Below are positions 1 through 14,004 of a stretch of 64,000 nucleotides of DNA, piece after piece. The first letter of the stretch is position 1. Every line of letters begins with the position of its first letter. The position numbers and the translations under genes are program-made. This DNA comes from Lingula anatina. Taxonomy: Eukaryota > Animalia > Brachiopoda. Location: assembly GCA_051362555.1 (NCBI GenBank), contig CM120641.1:30510401-30574400 (forward strand). Direction: 5' to 3'. Below the pieces are notes generated by a model, which saw only the letters and a program-made list of their open reading frames with translations, made no database searches and was not told the DNA's origin.

Positions 1-406
1 ATAATTAATTTCGTATGTTGAATGACATGAATCGTCTGTTTAGAGATATTCAGCCATTCTTATTGGTCAGGATTCCCGTGACAGAGACTAAGGCGATGAT
101 ATACGAATAGAACAGGAAAGTAACAAACTACTCACATTTCCACTTTTCTACCTGCCTTGTTTGAAGAGTTTGTTGAATTTATCTCCAGTGAATGATCGCC
201 CTACAATCATGATACAAAGTTTGGGACTATCTAGAACAAATTCCTCTAATGCTAATTAAACATTTTTACGACTCACGTTGATGAATTCATACCAATTAAT
301 AACGCGGAACAAAGAAGTTCCTGAATCACGTTTCACGCAGAATATTGCGCTCCAATAATGTACCACACTCGAAAAATAAGGCCAGTCACGTGTAACACAA
401 AAGGTA

Positions 407-860
407 TTAATTATGGTTGTATCTTTGCCAGTTTTGGAGACATGAAGATTGGAAAACTTGCAAAGTGCAGTTCATAATGAAAAGTAGGTCAAAGGTCAAT
501 TTTAAGGTCACAGTTAGATTACCAGTATATGACGTCCTTAGTTCAATAGTAACTATGGGCATATCTCTGCTAATTTTGGAATAATTCACATTTCATTTTC
601 ACCACTGAATATTGCAACATTGTATTTTTTTATATAGTGCAATGGAAAAACCACGTCGAAAACAAAAAAAAAAAAAAAAAGGACACCACCTCCAGTATTA
701 CATTTGACAAGTTCTACAAAAAATGCAAAAAACAGAAGGTCTCTAGCTTTTACGGTTCCAGAATTAGAGAGAGTTTTCAGTTTCGGTATCTAATGATTGC
801 TTCTCCCATGAAAATGCACCGATTAACCCCATACTCCCAAAGATGAAAGGAGTTGCTGAT
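407..860 (-). mobile_element. Truncated, diverged third copy of the HINE element (one 146-bp satellite unit plus internal segment)
   Basis: GTAGGTCAAAGGTCAATTTTAAGGTCAC..TCAATAGTAACTATGG is the reverse complement of the satellite at 17021+. 640-850 is the reverse complement of about 16535-16725. Confidence 0.8.
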
Positions 861-1188
861 TGTAATCCCTCACTATAATATGACAGCTTAGGTCTGTGTA
901 GTTTCTGAAAATTGGTACAAACAATTGATCATCAGCTGAGTTTATTTTTCCAAATGAAAGTCATTGACATAGGAACTGTAAAGGTAAAAGTCAGGCTCTT
1001 TAAGTTTATTTATGATAACTATGTCACTTATTAAATTTAGTGCTAATGATTTAACTTACGGTACTTTTCAAAAGTTTTAAGTTTTTGCTATAACATACTG
1101 AAACAAACAAGAAGTACAGCTTTCAGTTTTAGGTTGACAAAAATAGTTTTCTGTTATTAATTTATGCAAATTAAACATGACTTCCAGC

Positions 1189-2173
1189 CAGTTGTGGATA
1201 GCTGCAAAATGGACTTGAAGGTCATTAAAGATGGATCTGTGCATCTAGACCTTTAGCAAACAATTAGAGGAGCACCTTATTGGAGCTACTTTCAAAGTGA
1301 ACCATGTGGTTGCACACTCAAAGTACAAGACTGAGGTTATTAAAAGGGATTCCATCCAAGCTATGCTTGATAATCTTAATTAATATTTTGATTTTAAACC
1401 CATATGATATTAATTGATTTCCCCAATACATTACAAGTTGTGCCATTAAAGATTATGAGTTTTCTTAAATTATTCATTCCTTTTTAAGTACTCGCTTTGA
1501 TTTATAACAAATTTAATGACTTTTTCAATTATAGCCAAATATTATTATTTATAATTATTTTTAAATCAATAATTTAATTTTTCTTTTTATTAAAAAGAAG
1601 TTTTTACTTTGTGTGCATCTTAGAATTTAGTTCTGTATTGTATTATTCCCAGATTCCCTGACCAGGAGCTGATGTCCTCTTTCTGTGTTTTGGGGATGAA
1701 GCCCATTTCTCTACTCAGTCAGGATGAGCTGCAGTGTTGGGGGGATGAATCCATGGAAATGCTGACATCTCACTTTGGGGAGAAAATGCACACAATGAAT
1801 TCAAAGGAATCTGTGTCCAAGACCCTTATTGATGCTCAAGAGGTGAAGAAAGAATGGAGAATTGTAAAAAAATGATCTTCTTACTCAGTGTTACCCAAGG
1901 CATTCAACTGCAAAACTCTGGGAACTGATAGCTACTGATCATAAGGATCAATTTCCAAATCTCATAATGTTAGCCTCTTTGGCACTGGCACATCCAGTGC
2001 ACACAGCGGATTGGAAAAAAAATTAATTACAACTGCACTAAGAAATAGACTCAATCCAGAGAAAATTGATGCACTCATGAGAATAAAAATAGAAGGAAGG
2101 GATTACTTTGATTTTGTTAGTTGTCTAAAAAAAATGGAGGCAAAAAAGCAGAGGGTGATTTTCCACTTGTAAT
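1189..2173 (+). pseudogene. Decayed intron-containing hAT (ZNF862-like) transposase, C-terminal part
   Basis: After an AG acceptor near 1652 it reads FPDQELMSSF..VKKEWRIVKK. After a frameshift it continues LWELIATDHKDQFPNLIMLASLALAHPVHTAD..LRNRLNPEKIDALMRIKIEG..FDF, typical of the hAT dimerisation domain. A probable upstream exon starts near 1189 (PVVDSCKMDL). Confidence 0.75.
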
Positions 2174-3810
2174 CATAAGTAAACTGACTTTGCTTTTATG
2201 AGACAGTGCATGAGAATTAAACTGTTGTTTCTGTCAATAAAACAGGCCCTCCTGATATGGATGTGGTTTAAAACATCACTACAGGTTTTATTGTTATTAA
2301 AGAGAAAAAAAATCAGATTGAATAAAAAAAAAAGAATAAAGCACCAAATCAATATGTAATTTACCTCTAGTATTACAATATTGATGACCATCAAATGTAT
2401 TAAAACATGATTACCAAAAAAATCCCACTCATAGGCAAAAATCCCACTGCTTCATTTCCAGTGGGATAAAATATCCCTGCATTTAGCATAGTTACACTCC
2501 TCACATATGTATATATTTGACATGAGGACTATAATGGAAGGGCAGCATTAACCCTCTGCCACCCAAAGGCACTTGTGATGTTAACTGATGGTTTAAAAAG
2601 TATAAATTTACGAAAATCTTATACGTGTAACACAATAGAAAAAAAATTATCTAAGCTATATTTTGGTAAATTTGATATTGATCTTTAAATTTGAAAAAAG
2701 GCTCCTTTATTAGTACAATCTTTGCCATAAACTTTTCAGTTTTCTGGCCAATTGGACCACCAGTTTCCTAAAATCTACTGGATTTACTGAGGTCCAAGTA
2801 AATTTTTGAATAAACTACACATTTTCACCTTCTGCATTAATATTTGTAATAACAAGACACGGGTTTTGTCACATTTTTTCTTTAGAATCATCATATAACA
2901 GTTATATTGAACAAAAAAAAAAAAAATAGATCAAAAGTCACCTATCTGGTGCATACCTAGTGTCATTATTATTTTCTTAGCACCTAGCCAGTGCCAGCTT
3001 GCAAGGTCTATAATTATACATGGCACAGGGCTGCAATACTGAACAACCTATTTTCTTGTGTGAAAACTAGGCAATGTGTGTGACCGTAGATGATCTATTT
3101 CACTGGCCAGTCATTTTAAACTAAAAATGGAATAAACATAGAATCCATGGGTCAAGCAGTTAGTGAGTAGGAGAAAATTGCTCCTTACCCCAGGAAAAAT
3201 CATTGGGGGGGGGGGGGGGGGGGGGGGAGGAGGGTTAGGGTTAGATCCAGTGGATAACTTGTTTAACTACAAGCAATAAGTTGAACAAATGCCATGTACA
3301 GTTTTTAAATAATGTGACCTTTAAAAAGTTTGAATCAATTGCAGCTAAACAGTGTTATGCTCATGACATTTTGGCTATATTTTCAGCTTTTCACTTTTAC
3401 TTTTTTTTAATACTTTAAACTTTTTTTTTTTGCAGTTACGAACAACCTTGTGGGGAGATAAAACAGTGTTATAAGTTTTACATTGCAGCAGTTTTTACAA
3501 AATGTCTTAAATTTCATTCAAAAATTTTAAAATGGCCCATAAGGCCATATTTGACAATCATGCAGCAACAGATGGGTATCCATGGAAGCTTTGTTACTAT
3601 GGAAACACATTCTAAGAAAACCAGATATAATCAAAGTTTTCTAGGCATGAAATTTTCTACTTTTCTACTCACATATATATTGTATACCTGATCCTGCCAG
3701 GTGTCAAATAACAGAGATGCCCACCTCTGGAAATCTAAAATCTGGAGATTCTAAAATTTTGCTCAATAAGGGGGGGGGGGGGGGGGGGGGGGGTGCTCAG
3801 GTGCTCAGTG

Positions 3811-4049
3811 GGGGGGGGGGGACCCCTATCTCAAACAATTAGAAGAGAAGTTTTCAAGAGATCACCCAACTATTCTGAAAATAAATCGACAGGGCGTTAG
3901 CTGACAGTGGTGAATATTTGTAAAAGTCGGGGGGGGGGGGGACCCCTATCTCAAACAATTAAAAGAGAAGTTTTCAAGAGATCACCCAACTATTCTGAAA
4001 ATAAATCGACAGGGCGTTAGCTGACAGTGGTGAAAATTTGTAAAAGTCG
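3811..4049. repeat. Tandem duplication of about 120 bp inside a probable MITE (about 3715-4145)
   Basis: polyG-ACCCCTATCTCAAACAATT..TTGTAAAAGTCG occurs twice, near-identical, followed by ATCCGGGAGA subterminal repeats. Confidence 0.85.
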
Positions 4050-5394
4050 CTTTTATCCGGGAGATTTGGTTACATGTACGGGTGACGGGTAGATTCGTTC
4101 TGTATCCGGGAGACTCCCAGATTATCCGGGAGAGTCGACATGTATACAACAAGCCCAAATGAATGTCTATTGGGTAAGTCTTTATACTTACCCAATAAAC
4201 TAAAATGCACTCCTTTTCGATTGTGTTAACTTGCAAAACTAAATGTATTCCGCGCTTTCCAATCCCGAAAAATCTTCACTGAATCTTTGAATATGTAAGG
4301 CAAGGTGCCAGTGGCGATTGAATGGGAGAAGATGGCATTTTGTTACGTAGTAAATAATCCTAGATATATTCCATAACGTGCGAAATGCTTGAAAATAGTA
4401 TCCCGATCCGAAAGAACAAGTCTGTTGATGAAAAAAAAGACCCGCAGTGAAAACGCAATCAACATATCTGTCACAACTAACACACTATATCGGAGGAGAA
4501 TCGGGGCACATCAGGCGCATTCAAATATAAATTGATGATATATTGGTTGAAAAGAATTTGATTTTATAAGCATTGTTCATTATTTAAAAGGAAGGAAGTT
4601 TTTTGAAAACGGTAGGCCTATATGTAGGCCCTATCTGTCTTGTTTGAGTTCCCCCCCCCCCCCTCATTATCAATAATGACAGACAGTTCCCATCCAGCCC
4701 ATACCCTTTTTAAATTTTTACCTAGCAATTCGAGACTCTTAGCTTTTAAGGGTAGTAAGCGATTTTTAAATAGCTTTTATCCTTCGGCAGTAACTATTTT
4801 TAACTCTAACATGTAATTTTAATTTTCATTTTTTTTTTTTTTTTTTTTTTTTTTTATATTTCAATGGCGCTACTACAGGGCAAAAGATTCCCGATTTTAT
4901 ACATTTGTATTTTATTGGCTTAATAAATTATTATTATTATTATTATACTCTGGTAGTTGACACCCTCCAAGGACTAGTGTACGGCAGTTTGGCAGAATTA
5001 TTAAACCCCATTCTACCTCTCAATTTGATATTGTCTTGATTTAATTTGGTTAGATAAGAAAAGGAAGACGGAATGTGGCCCTCAATGTTCTAGGTCATTT
5101 CTAAACTAAGGGTGGAGCCTGGAGAGCTTATAACAAGGCCATCAAATATCAATAACGTTCAGCAGACGAGAACAATCGGCTCTCTAGCCAATCGTTGCAT
5201 TTTCCTAAATTAAAAAGCAAACAAAACAAAAAAACATCTGCTTCAGAAAATTAAGAAATTTTTATAGAATTTGGCGGTAATACAAAAAAAAAAAAAAAAA
5301 AAAATCCAGCAGGCAATAGCCGAACTTTCTCCATTCATGTTACACAGCTGTACTCGCCTAGTGTAGAAATGGCACATGAAATACAACTATGTAC

Positions 5395-5868
5395 CTCACG
5401 TGGAGAAGGCCGTGGGGGGGGGGGGGGGGGGGGCTGCAGGGAGGTGTAAATCCGTGGGGAAGGCCGCGTGGAGGGGTAGAGACGTGGAGAAGGCCGTGGG
5501 GAGGGGCAGGGATGTGGAGAAGGCCGTGGGGAGGGGCAGGGACGTGGAGAAGGCCGTGGGGAGGGGCAGGAATGTGGAGAAGGCCGTGGGGAGGGGCAGG
5601 GATGTGGAGAAGGCCGTGGGGAGGGGCAGGGACGTGGAGAAGGCCGTGGGGAGGGGCAGGAATGTGGAGAAGGCCGTGGGGAGGGGCAGGGACGTGGAGA
5701 AGGTCGTGGGGAGGGGCAGGGATGTGGAGAAGGCCGTGTGGAGGGGCAGGGACGTGGAGAAGGGCGTGGGGAGGGGCAGCGAAGTGGAAAAGGCCGTGGG
5801 GAGGGGCAGGGGAGTGGAAAAGGCCGTGGGGAGGGGAAGGGATGTGGAGAAGGCCGTGGATGGGGGGC
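5395..5868. repeat. G-rich 30-bp minisatellite (about 14 units)
   Basis: Unit GTGGAGAAGGCCGTGGGGAGGGGCAGGGA(C/T). It explains the repetitive ORFs on both strands. Confidence 0.95.
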
Positions 5869-6331
5869 AAAAATGAAATTAGAAAAAAAGATGATCAATT
5901 TCGGAGCTTGTTTATTTCTGTCATGGGGCAGTGGTAAAACAATTAAAACTTCCAGTAATTTCATCAAAGAGATACCTGTAGAGTGAGGTTATCTGCTTAC
6001 CCATCACCTGGAGATAGAGTTTTATTAAAAGCAGGCATTTATAATTTTTCTCAATATGGCATTTTCATTTTCATTATTATATTCATTACAGGGGGGTTGT
6101 CCGGGGCGGGGGGGGGGGGCGTCCTGATACCTGGATAGATATTTGATCTCTTAGATTATCTAAAGACCAAGATGAATAAGAAAATTTGAAGCTTTTTTTA
6201 ATTATACATCAACGAAATTGCTTTGGGAAGAGGATCAAGAAATGTAAGTTGACTTATCAAGTTATCATTTATGGCAGCAGTTTCAATAAAATTTTGTTTG
6301 GGACTTCCAGGCCTTATAAACGGATCAGGCG

Positions 6332-6543
6332 TTTACTGACACTAGCTGCAAATCTTTAGTACTAACGCCTATATTAACCACAAAACCCACGGATTAGCCA
6401 ACGCACCACACAGTTATTTAACACCAACGAAGCAAAACCTATAGCACTAACATTCATCCGCTCTGGTAGTGTTGGATAATCTGTATGTTTTGTGGTTAAA
6501 ATGGGTGTTAGAGCTAAAAGATCAGCGGGTAGTGTTAGTAAAA
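6332..6543. mobile_element. Fold-back MITE-like element; partial second copy at about 39190-39340
   Basis: TTTACTGACACTAGCTGC..TTAACCACAAAA is inverted relative to TTTTGTGGTTAA..GGTAGTGTTAGTAAA. Confidence 0.65.
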
Positions 6544-6544
6544 G

Positions 6545-6771
6545 CAGTGGCGGATTTGGAGGGGGGTGGGTCTGAAAAAAATCACACTAATATTCCCCTC
6601 TTGGATTTAGAATATTGACTAGCTGATTTATGGTGCTAAATCGTACCAAATACCAAATGGCACCGTTCGCCCTCTAAAAATACCAAAAGTTTTAGGGCCC
6701 TTCACCGGTAGAACCCCACGCCATGTAAAAGGGGGTGGGTGTTGATTTCGCATCCGCGGACCCCACCCCCC

Positions 6772-6810
<39 letters not shown>

Positions 6811-6854
6811 CCCACCACCACCACCACCTTCAAATAACCCTGGATCCGCCCCTG
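6545..6854. mobile_element. MITE with CAG(T/G)GGCGGAT TIRs; relatives at 7158-7411, 10231-10445, 11595-11737, 13474-13741
   Basis: Ends CAGTGGCGGAT..ATCCGCCCCTG, flanked by TAAAAG on both sides. Copies share internal motifs and subterminal polyG/C tracts. Confidence 0.8.
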
Positions 6855-8539
6855 TAAAAGCTGTCGAAGAGGAAATACGTCGAAGAGAGCCACGGCCCCG
6901 GAAGTATAAATTTGACTGAGAGCTGTCTGAAAAAGAAATTAAAAACCAGGTTTTCAGCTCACCTTATCTACACCTGAATAAAGTTGATCAACCATGCCAG
7001 TTAGAATGGGAGGAAAGAATGTAAAATTCGAACACATTTTCATTCGCCGCCAGTTTTAACTCGACTGCTGGGGTTATGTGATGGGCGGTCGCACTTGCCA
7101 ATACTTCCATGTACCAGTGAATAACCAGTTATCATGCACGAATGGTAACAGTTTACTCAGGGGCGGATGACAGGCCTCAGATGCGAAACTGACCCTCGCC
7201 CCCCTCCTCCATCCCCTTTGACGTGGGGTTCGGGGCCCGCTGAAGGGTACCGATAATTTTTGGTATTTTAGAGGGCGAACAGTGCCATTTGCTACGGTCT
7301 AGAACTATGATTAAGCTGGTCAAGAGAGGAGTATTGGTGTGGTTTAATATCCAGAAACTGAAGGGGGGGGGGGGGCAGGACCCCCCTGAGACCCCCCTAA
7401 ACAAGCCACTGCTCAGGCTGCCTGTGCTGCGGTCTCGGCCTCATTGCGACGACTAGCACAAATCCATGCGTTGTGATTACGGATGGCAGGAAAGGTCTCA
7501 AAAAGTGTTAAATTTCGACCAGTTTGCGCTCCCACAAAAAAAAGAAGAAGAAGGAGAAGAAGAAATAGAAGCCTGTCCCTTCCTGTGTTGACGGGAAAAA
7601 AGTGGGCAGGGGGCTTTAAAAAACAACTTCATTAAATTAAACCAAGAATTTCAAGTCTTTGATTAGACCAGCCCGACTTATTCCTATTCACACGTAATTG
7701 AAATCTGGAGTTTTTATACTTAATTTTATACTACTAAAAATATATCGCATATTTAAGCTCGAAAGATTGTTAACGCATTGCATAAAATTGTTTTCAGTTT
7801 TAATTTGTCAGTTTTAATTGTGTAGTTTAATTGAAAACAACAGTTTTCACGCACGCTCCTGTCAATATACAGAGACGGGCTACTTATTGCCCCGGCCCTT
7901 TATAAGGAACGAACAAAACCGGTAGTTTTTAATTTTACCTGGTCACTAACATCATTATCTCGGCATTTCTCTCTCCGTAGCTCATGAAAAAGATGGCAAG
8001 GTTTTACTTTTTATACCATTCGTTCTCTAAAAATGACCCAAAAATATTCATCGGGTGTAAAAGAACATGAGTATGATTAAAGTAATATGTTCAGTTCGTA
8101 TACGAAGTTCCGATTTCGTACGAGCACCAAAGAAAGGATCATGGAGCAACAAACATCGACAACAACGTTAATTCATGTATAGTCATTTTACATCATATCC
8201 AGAAAAAGAATGACAACTGATTTTTAGTACAATTAAAAACACCTGTGAAAGAACCCGGGACTCTTTCACGTTGTTAAATTTCAGTCTCTCGGTTGAAATA
8301 AAAAAAACCGATGTTTTTTAACGCGCTGCAAGAAAAAAAAAAAGAAAAGAAAATGCGCTACACCTTCAGAATGTTACGACATATATTGATATAGACAGGA
8401 ATGTGTCAAATTCAAACAGGCTAATTCAGCTTTGATGAAAAGTGTTAATCGCACACGACTATGAATGACAGTTTTTTTTTAAACAACGTCAAACACAATT
8501 ACTACACTCTTCTCTCCGAACATGTAAAACCCCCTATAT

Positions 8540-8798
8540 CCTTTGATTGACAAGATGCCAATCAAATTCATTAGTTTTAATAGCTGCTGTCAAATAATAA
8601 CAGCTTGATTGGCAGGTTATATAAACAAACGTCAATCACAATCATTACACGGTGGATCACTATAGTCGTCGAACACATTTAGTTCAAGCTTCCTACACCC
8701 TTTGATTGACAAGGTGCCAATCAAATTCAGTTAGTTTTGATAGTTGCTGTCAAAAAATAACAGATCGATTGGCAGGTTATATAAACAAACGTCAATCA
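8540..8798. repeat. Two-copy tandem repeat, about 160-bp period
   Basis: CCTTTGATTGACAAG(A/G)TGCCAATCAAATTCA..GATTGGCAGGTTATATAAACAAACGTCAATCA occurs twice. Confidence 0.85.
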
Positions 8799-10828
8799 TC
8801 GCGCACTGTGATTTCTCTCGCTGTGAAACAGTGAGTACGCCGAAAGAGAGCGCTAAAATCTGAAGTTAGTAATTAAATTGCAAAATATTTCAAGAGAATA
8901 TGTGCAACATGTTTCCAAAACTAGTTCTCTTTTTGAACCCTTCAGCGTCTCTAATACGACACTCTAGATTACAAACTATTTTGTAAAAAGAAGAATTTAG
9001 CAAAAGCATCCAATTTAAAAAGCAGATTCAAGTAAAGAAATATGACATTTGACGTTATTCTGGAGGTAGCGCATGGGTCATTTCAAAATTAGTTCAACTA
9101 TGTACCCCAGTATGTGCGTGGAAGAAGGAAGAATAAATGTTTTTGCATTATGTGTGGAATATTGACAGGTTCTTTTACTATCAAAGACTTTCTGCAAATA
9201 AATAAATTAATTAATTAAACGATACTAATTCATCTTCATTAAAGGTGACATTCGTGTTGTGGTTGAGGTAAGTGGTTTAATTTTTGTGGGGGTAATTGTC
9301 AGCAAGGACCTGTGATAATAAGATAAGTGGATGGGAAAGAAAAATATAATTGTTAACAAAAATATTACTATCCTATTTAACAAACAAACCGCTACTTTGC
9401 TCTTGTAACTATTTTGTTGGTTTATTTTACTGCAGTAAAGCGTGGATAAAATAGTTCAAAACGCCCTCACAGTGCCCTTGTTTATGCGACTTCAGCTGCT
9501 GGGGTTAGGTGAAGGGGCGAGGACAGGTGTGATTTATTTTTCAGAAACACAGACAGACTACACCTATTCCCGATTACTTTTTATACGCGGTAATATTCTG
9601 ACGTTTGTCTTGTCTTAACATGGTTGTGACGTCTACCACAAACCTTTCAACACAAAGTCTTAGATCCCCGAGTGAAATACTTATAGGTTTTGGTGACATG
9701 ATAAAAATCTCTCTTCGTCGAGGTACATTCTACTTCACTAAAGACTGGAACTCACAGTGATGTTAGCTGGTACCTCACGACAACCATGATTATATTTTTA
9801 ACCAAATATGTTTATCACGAGTGTTGCATCTGAATTTTCTTGATTATTCATTTCATGTGTTCACAGAAAAAATAATTTTCGGATAACAGTTTAGTCTGCA
9901 ATAAAAATGACAAATATATATCATGCAGTTAATTTTTTAGAAACGAGATAAATGAATATGCTCTTAGTTAAAAAGTAAAAATAAAGTCAACTGGTAATTT
10001 ACTGCATTTGGATTGCAGAAAAAAATTAAAACATGCAGTCACCTATATGAATTTGACAGTTTTTTTTTATTTTCTACAACTATAAATTTCAAACCTTGTC
10101 AATTTAGACTTGTTTTCTAACTAGTCATTGTAAATGACGTCAAATTTTACAAACATGATGTCTACCACATTCAAAAAGGACATCCTTTTTCAAATGAGAG
10201 CCAAAGAAATTACATTGTATAGTTTAATACCAGTGGCGGATTTAGGGGGGAGGGGTGTCAAGGGGTCCTGACCCCCTTCGATTTCTGAAAAAAAAAATAA
10301 CACCAATGGTCTCCTCTTGAAATTAAAATTTTGAATCAAAAGGCACCGTTTGCCTTCTGAAATACCGAAATTTTAGGGGTCCTTCATAGGGCCTCGACCC
10401 CACGCTAAGGGGGGAGGTGGGGTCGGCTTCGCATCAGCCGCTTCACAGACAGACTGCATCTAATCCCTGTGCATCTACAGTAACTATGGCAACCTTTCCT
10501 GGGATTTGTACAGACAAATGATAGATTTTTTGCTGGCACAGAAGATCACTCCTAAATACACACGCGGGTATATCAATAACTTTAAGAAAGGGTACAGTCA
10601 TTCTTCTGAAACTTTCCTGAAAGTGGCCTACTTAACAACTCGCTGGCCCAAAGTAAAAGGTCTCGAATAATTATCAAAATTGGGTAAACTTTTGCAGATT
10701 AATGTGATTTCGGAGAAGATGAAAGTTCTGAAATCATGACGAAGACAAATGATGAATTTACTTGCTTCATCTTTGTAGTGCTTACATTTTCTTTGTACCT
10801 CTGTCAGAATATGAATTATTACTTCGTA

Positions 10829-10841
10829 ACTACTACTACTA

Positions 10842-10919
<78 letters not shown>
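10829..10919. repeat. Compound microsatellite (ACT)n(CA)n(GA)n
   Basis: Directly visible. Confidence 0.95.
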
Positions 10920-10924
<5 letters not shown>

Positions 10925-11128
10925 CTACATAAAGTTAAACTGCAAATGAGCGCAAAGCTTAATTATTTGTGAAAAAAATATTTTTCATGTCGTTATTCGT
11001 TATAACAAAACAACAAAGATGAAGATGAATGTTCAGTGACTCAATAATATAAATAAAAATCATGAATCATCCAAGTTCATGAAAGCGAGATCTGGAGCAA
11101 AGAGAAAAAGTCGTCTCCAAGACATCTG

Positions 11129-11273
11129 GGCTCCGTAACTCGAAAGCATCGCGTATTGCGAATAGGCCGAGATGGCTACAATGTATTAAACATGTACATG
11201 AATGTGGTGAGTATGGGCAAATCTAGACGCTTGCGCTCGGTCGCAATGCGCGATGCTTTCGAGTTACGGGGCC
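11129..11273. mobile_element. PIF/Harbinger-like MITE; second copy at 59495-59640
   Basis: TIR GG(C/T)CCGTAACTCGAAAGCA. Both copies have a 3-bp CTG TSD. Confidence 0.8.
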
Positions 11274-13138
11274 CTGGACGTCTCCCCCCCCCTCCCCCCC
11301 CCCCCCCCCCACTCTATAATACCCAGTAATCAGCACCATTATAAATAGACTCTGCCTCATATCGAGAGTTCAGAACTGACGGTCAAAATCTGGTATTTGG
11401 ATTTATTTCCTTTCATGTAGAGAACCTGATTAAGACTGCATTCCCACAGATTTAGATCGATCCATCTGGATCGACCTAAATCCCTGGGGGTTCACGCTAA
11501 ATTGCTGTCAGCCGAGCGCACAATAGTTAATTATCCCCTTACAGCTTTTAGTAGGCGGGGCATACATTTAAGCCGGTAAAAAGTCTAAAACCATTTGCCC
11601 TCCATAACACCAAAATTTTTTCGGGGCCCTTAAGCAGGCCCCGAACCCTACGTCAAGGGGGCGATAGTCGGTTTCGCATCCAAGATCTATCGTTCTGGAC
11701 CCCCCTCCCCCTTCATATAATCCTGGATCCGCCTCTGCCACGGATATGTTTTTAAATGAATTACTGAATGACGCACCTTCTCAATGATATGCTTATATAG
11801 CTGTTCTTTAATAACTACAAGAATTTTTTGTTGTTTGTTTTTTAAAATGCTTGGAAACAAAAAGAAGAACTAGAAACAGACCTCTTTCAGACTGTTTTCC
11901 TTCAAGTATAGTATAGTTGTTCTCAAAATTTGCATAGTAGGTGCAATAACATAGTAGGTGCCAAAAATAAAGCTTAGTTAGCTTGTGCCCCACCCTTAAT
12001 GAATGGCTTAATTTTTATGGGCCCACCCCTTTTAGTAGTCAAAAAATGTGACCCACCCCTACTTTCTCCGCCCCGTACTTTATGATCAGTCTCTCAATAA
12101 AGATATATAGCAGTTACTTTTTATAAGCACCTCAATATTAGGAATCATTAATTCATAAAAAGGAAAAGGATACAGAATAGATATAAGTAAAGTAAAGTAA
12201 CAGTGTGTAGAAGGTAAACGTTGTCTGGATAGGGCATACATGTACAACACATTGGAGTATGGGGGGGGGGGGGGGAGTACTCTCAGGCCCTTCTGGCTGT
12301 TACTAAATTCATCCCAGGAGCGAGTCGAGCATTGGTTCGTAATTAGAAAAAAAAACTCTTGAGGAATACTTGATTTGGTAGCTTCAATTATATTTTACTT
12401 TTATTGATATTATCAAATTTATTAAATATCAAAATACAGATTAATCAAGATCACCACCCTTGAAATCTCAGGTTTGAGCATCACTTCCTGTCAGCTTTAT
12501 TACTAAAGACAATCTAATTTGCATATAAAAGAAAAAAGTCGTTTTTATCTTATGTTGGGTCTTTAACATATTTTTTCATTATTTCTAAAAAGCAATGTTC
12601 CTTTTTTTACTGACACATTTATAAATATTTTATCAATATGTGTAATTTATTAATTATATAATCATAAAAAAGACACATTCCAGACGTGCATGACGTAATC
12701 TCTCCCAAGTCATAAAAGTAGTAAAATAGCGATGACTGGTGAAGTAGGTCAATTGCCTGTGTTATTCTCCCATGCGATTATTGATTTTTTCTAACGTGGA
12801 ACATTTTAGGGGGAGGACACGGAGAGAGAGGATCAAATTACCAAAAATATTCGGCATGCATGGAATCACTTAAAGCAGAATATACTGCAAAAAAATTAGA
12901 AAGGGTGTTAAAAACAAGACCCATTCATTCAATTTCAGCGAGTACAAGTTTACAGATATTATGAGATCTTTGTGTTTCAACTGCCTCTCCCTAAAATGGC
13001 GCTGACCGCGTTAACTCTTCCGCTCCCGGGAAACGCAGAGAATCCAGCGCCAAGTGGCAGCATAAGACCCGACAACGATACCGGATACGTGCACACAGTA
13101 GCTGGGGTGGGTTAGGAGGGGGTTAACCCCCCCTCCCC

Positions 13139-13169
<31 letters not shown>

Positions 13170-14004
13170 ACACACAAACACACATACAATTTCCAACCAC
13201 GTCAGTTCTCAGCGGAGAGAGTTTGGTGGACTAACATTATATACTTTCCCTCAGCTCGAGGGAGTAAATGCAGAAGTAGAGCTACAGTATGTGCTGGCAT
13301 CACATTTTCTACCCGTAAACCGAAGTCTCTACTTGAGAACAATGACTTGGTCACTCGTAGTGGACAGTGGTCAACACGTCAGGAAGACAGCCCTAGGGAC
13401 ACTCAGGTAAACTGATTAGAGATGTGGTCAGCAGTGAACTCAATGCAATGGTCAGTATGTATTACTGTCACTGCCAGTGGGATACATCAGGATTAGTTGA
13501 AGGGGGACCGCAGTTGCAAAGCCTCCCCCTCCCTTGGCGTGGGCATCGGGCCCCGAAAAAAATTTGTATTTTAGAGAGCGAACGTTGCCATTTGATACAG
13601 ATTAGAACTATGATTCATGATTATTGATTTAGCTAGTCATAATTCTAATTTCAAGAGGGAACCAGAAATCGTAGTGGGGTGGGGTGGGGGGGGGGGGGGG
13701 CAGGACCCCCATGACCCCCCCCCCCTCTAAACCTGCCACTGTTACTTGATATTATTATTATTATATATAGATCTATTTGGTATCAATGCTATGTTTATGT
13801 ATATCCATATCTTTCTGGGATCAGGCATGGGGTTTCTGTCACCAGATTTCTGTCAAAAAGTTGTTATCCCTTTATGTAGTAATACACATTATGGAAAAGT
13901 GATTGTGATTTTACTGGTAAACAAAGTAATATTGCATTAAAACTGACAACAAACCTGTTTTGTAGACTATTATAATAATTATTATCTGCTTTACGACTGT
14001 ACAC

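Noticed and set aside
5335-5986. Pro/Arg/Gly-rich ORFs on both strands
   Set aside because: They are translations of a 30-bp minisatellite that is open in most frames.
12993-13410. Possible first exons (AAAATGGCG start; AG..GT-bounded block at about 13212-13406)
   Set aside because: No recognisable protein and no consistent reading frame, so it cannot be supported without RNA data.
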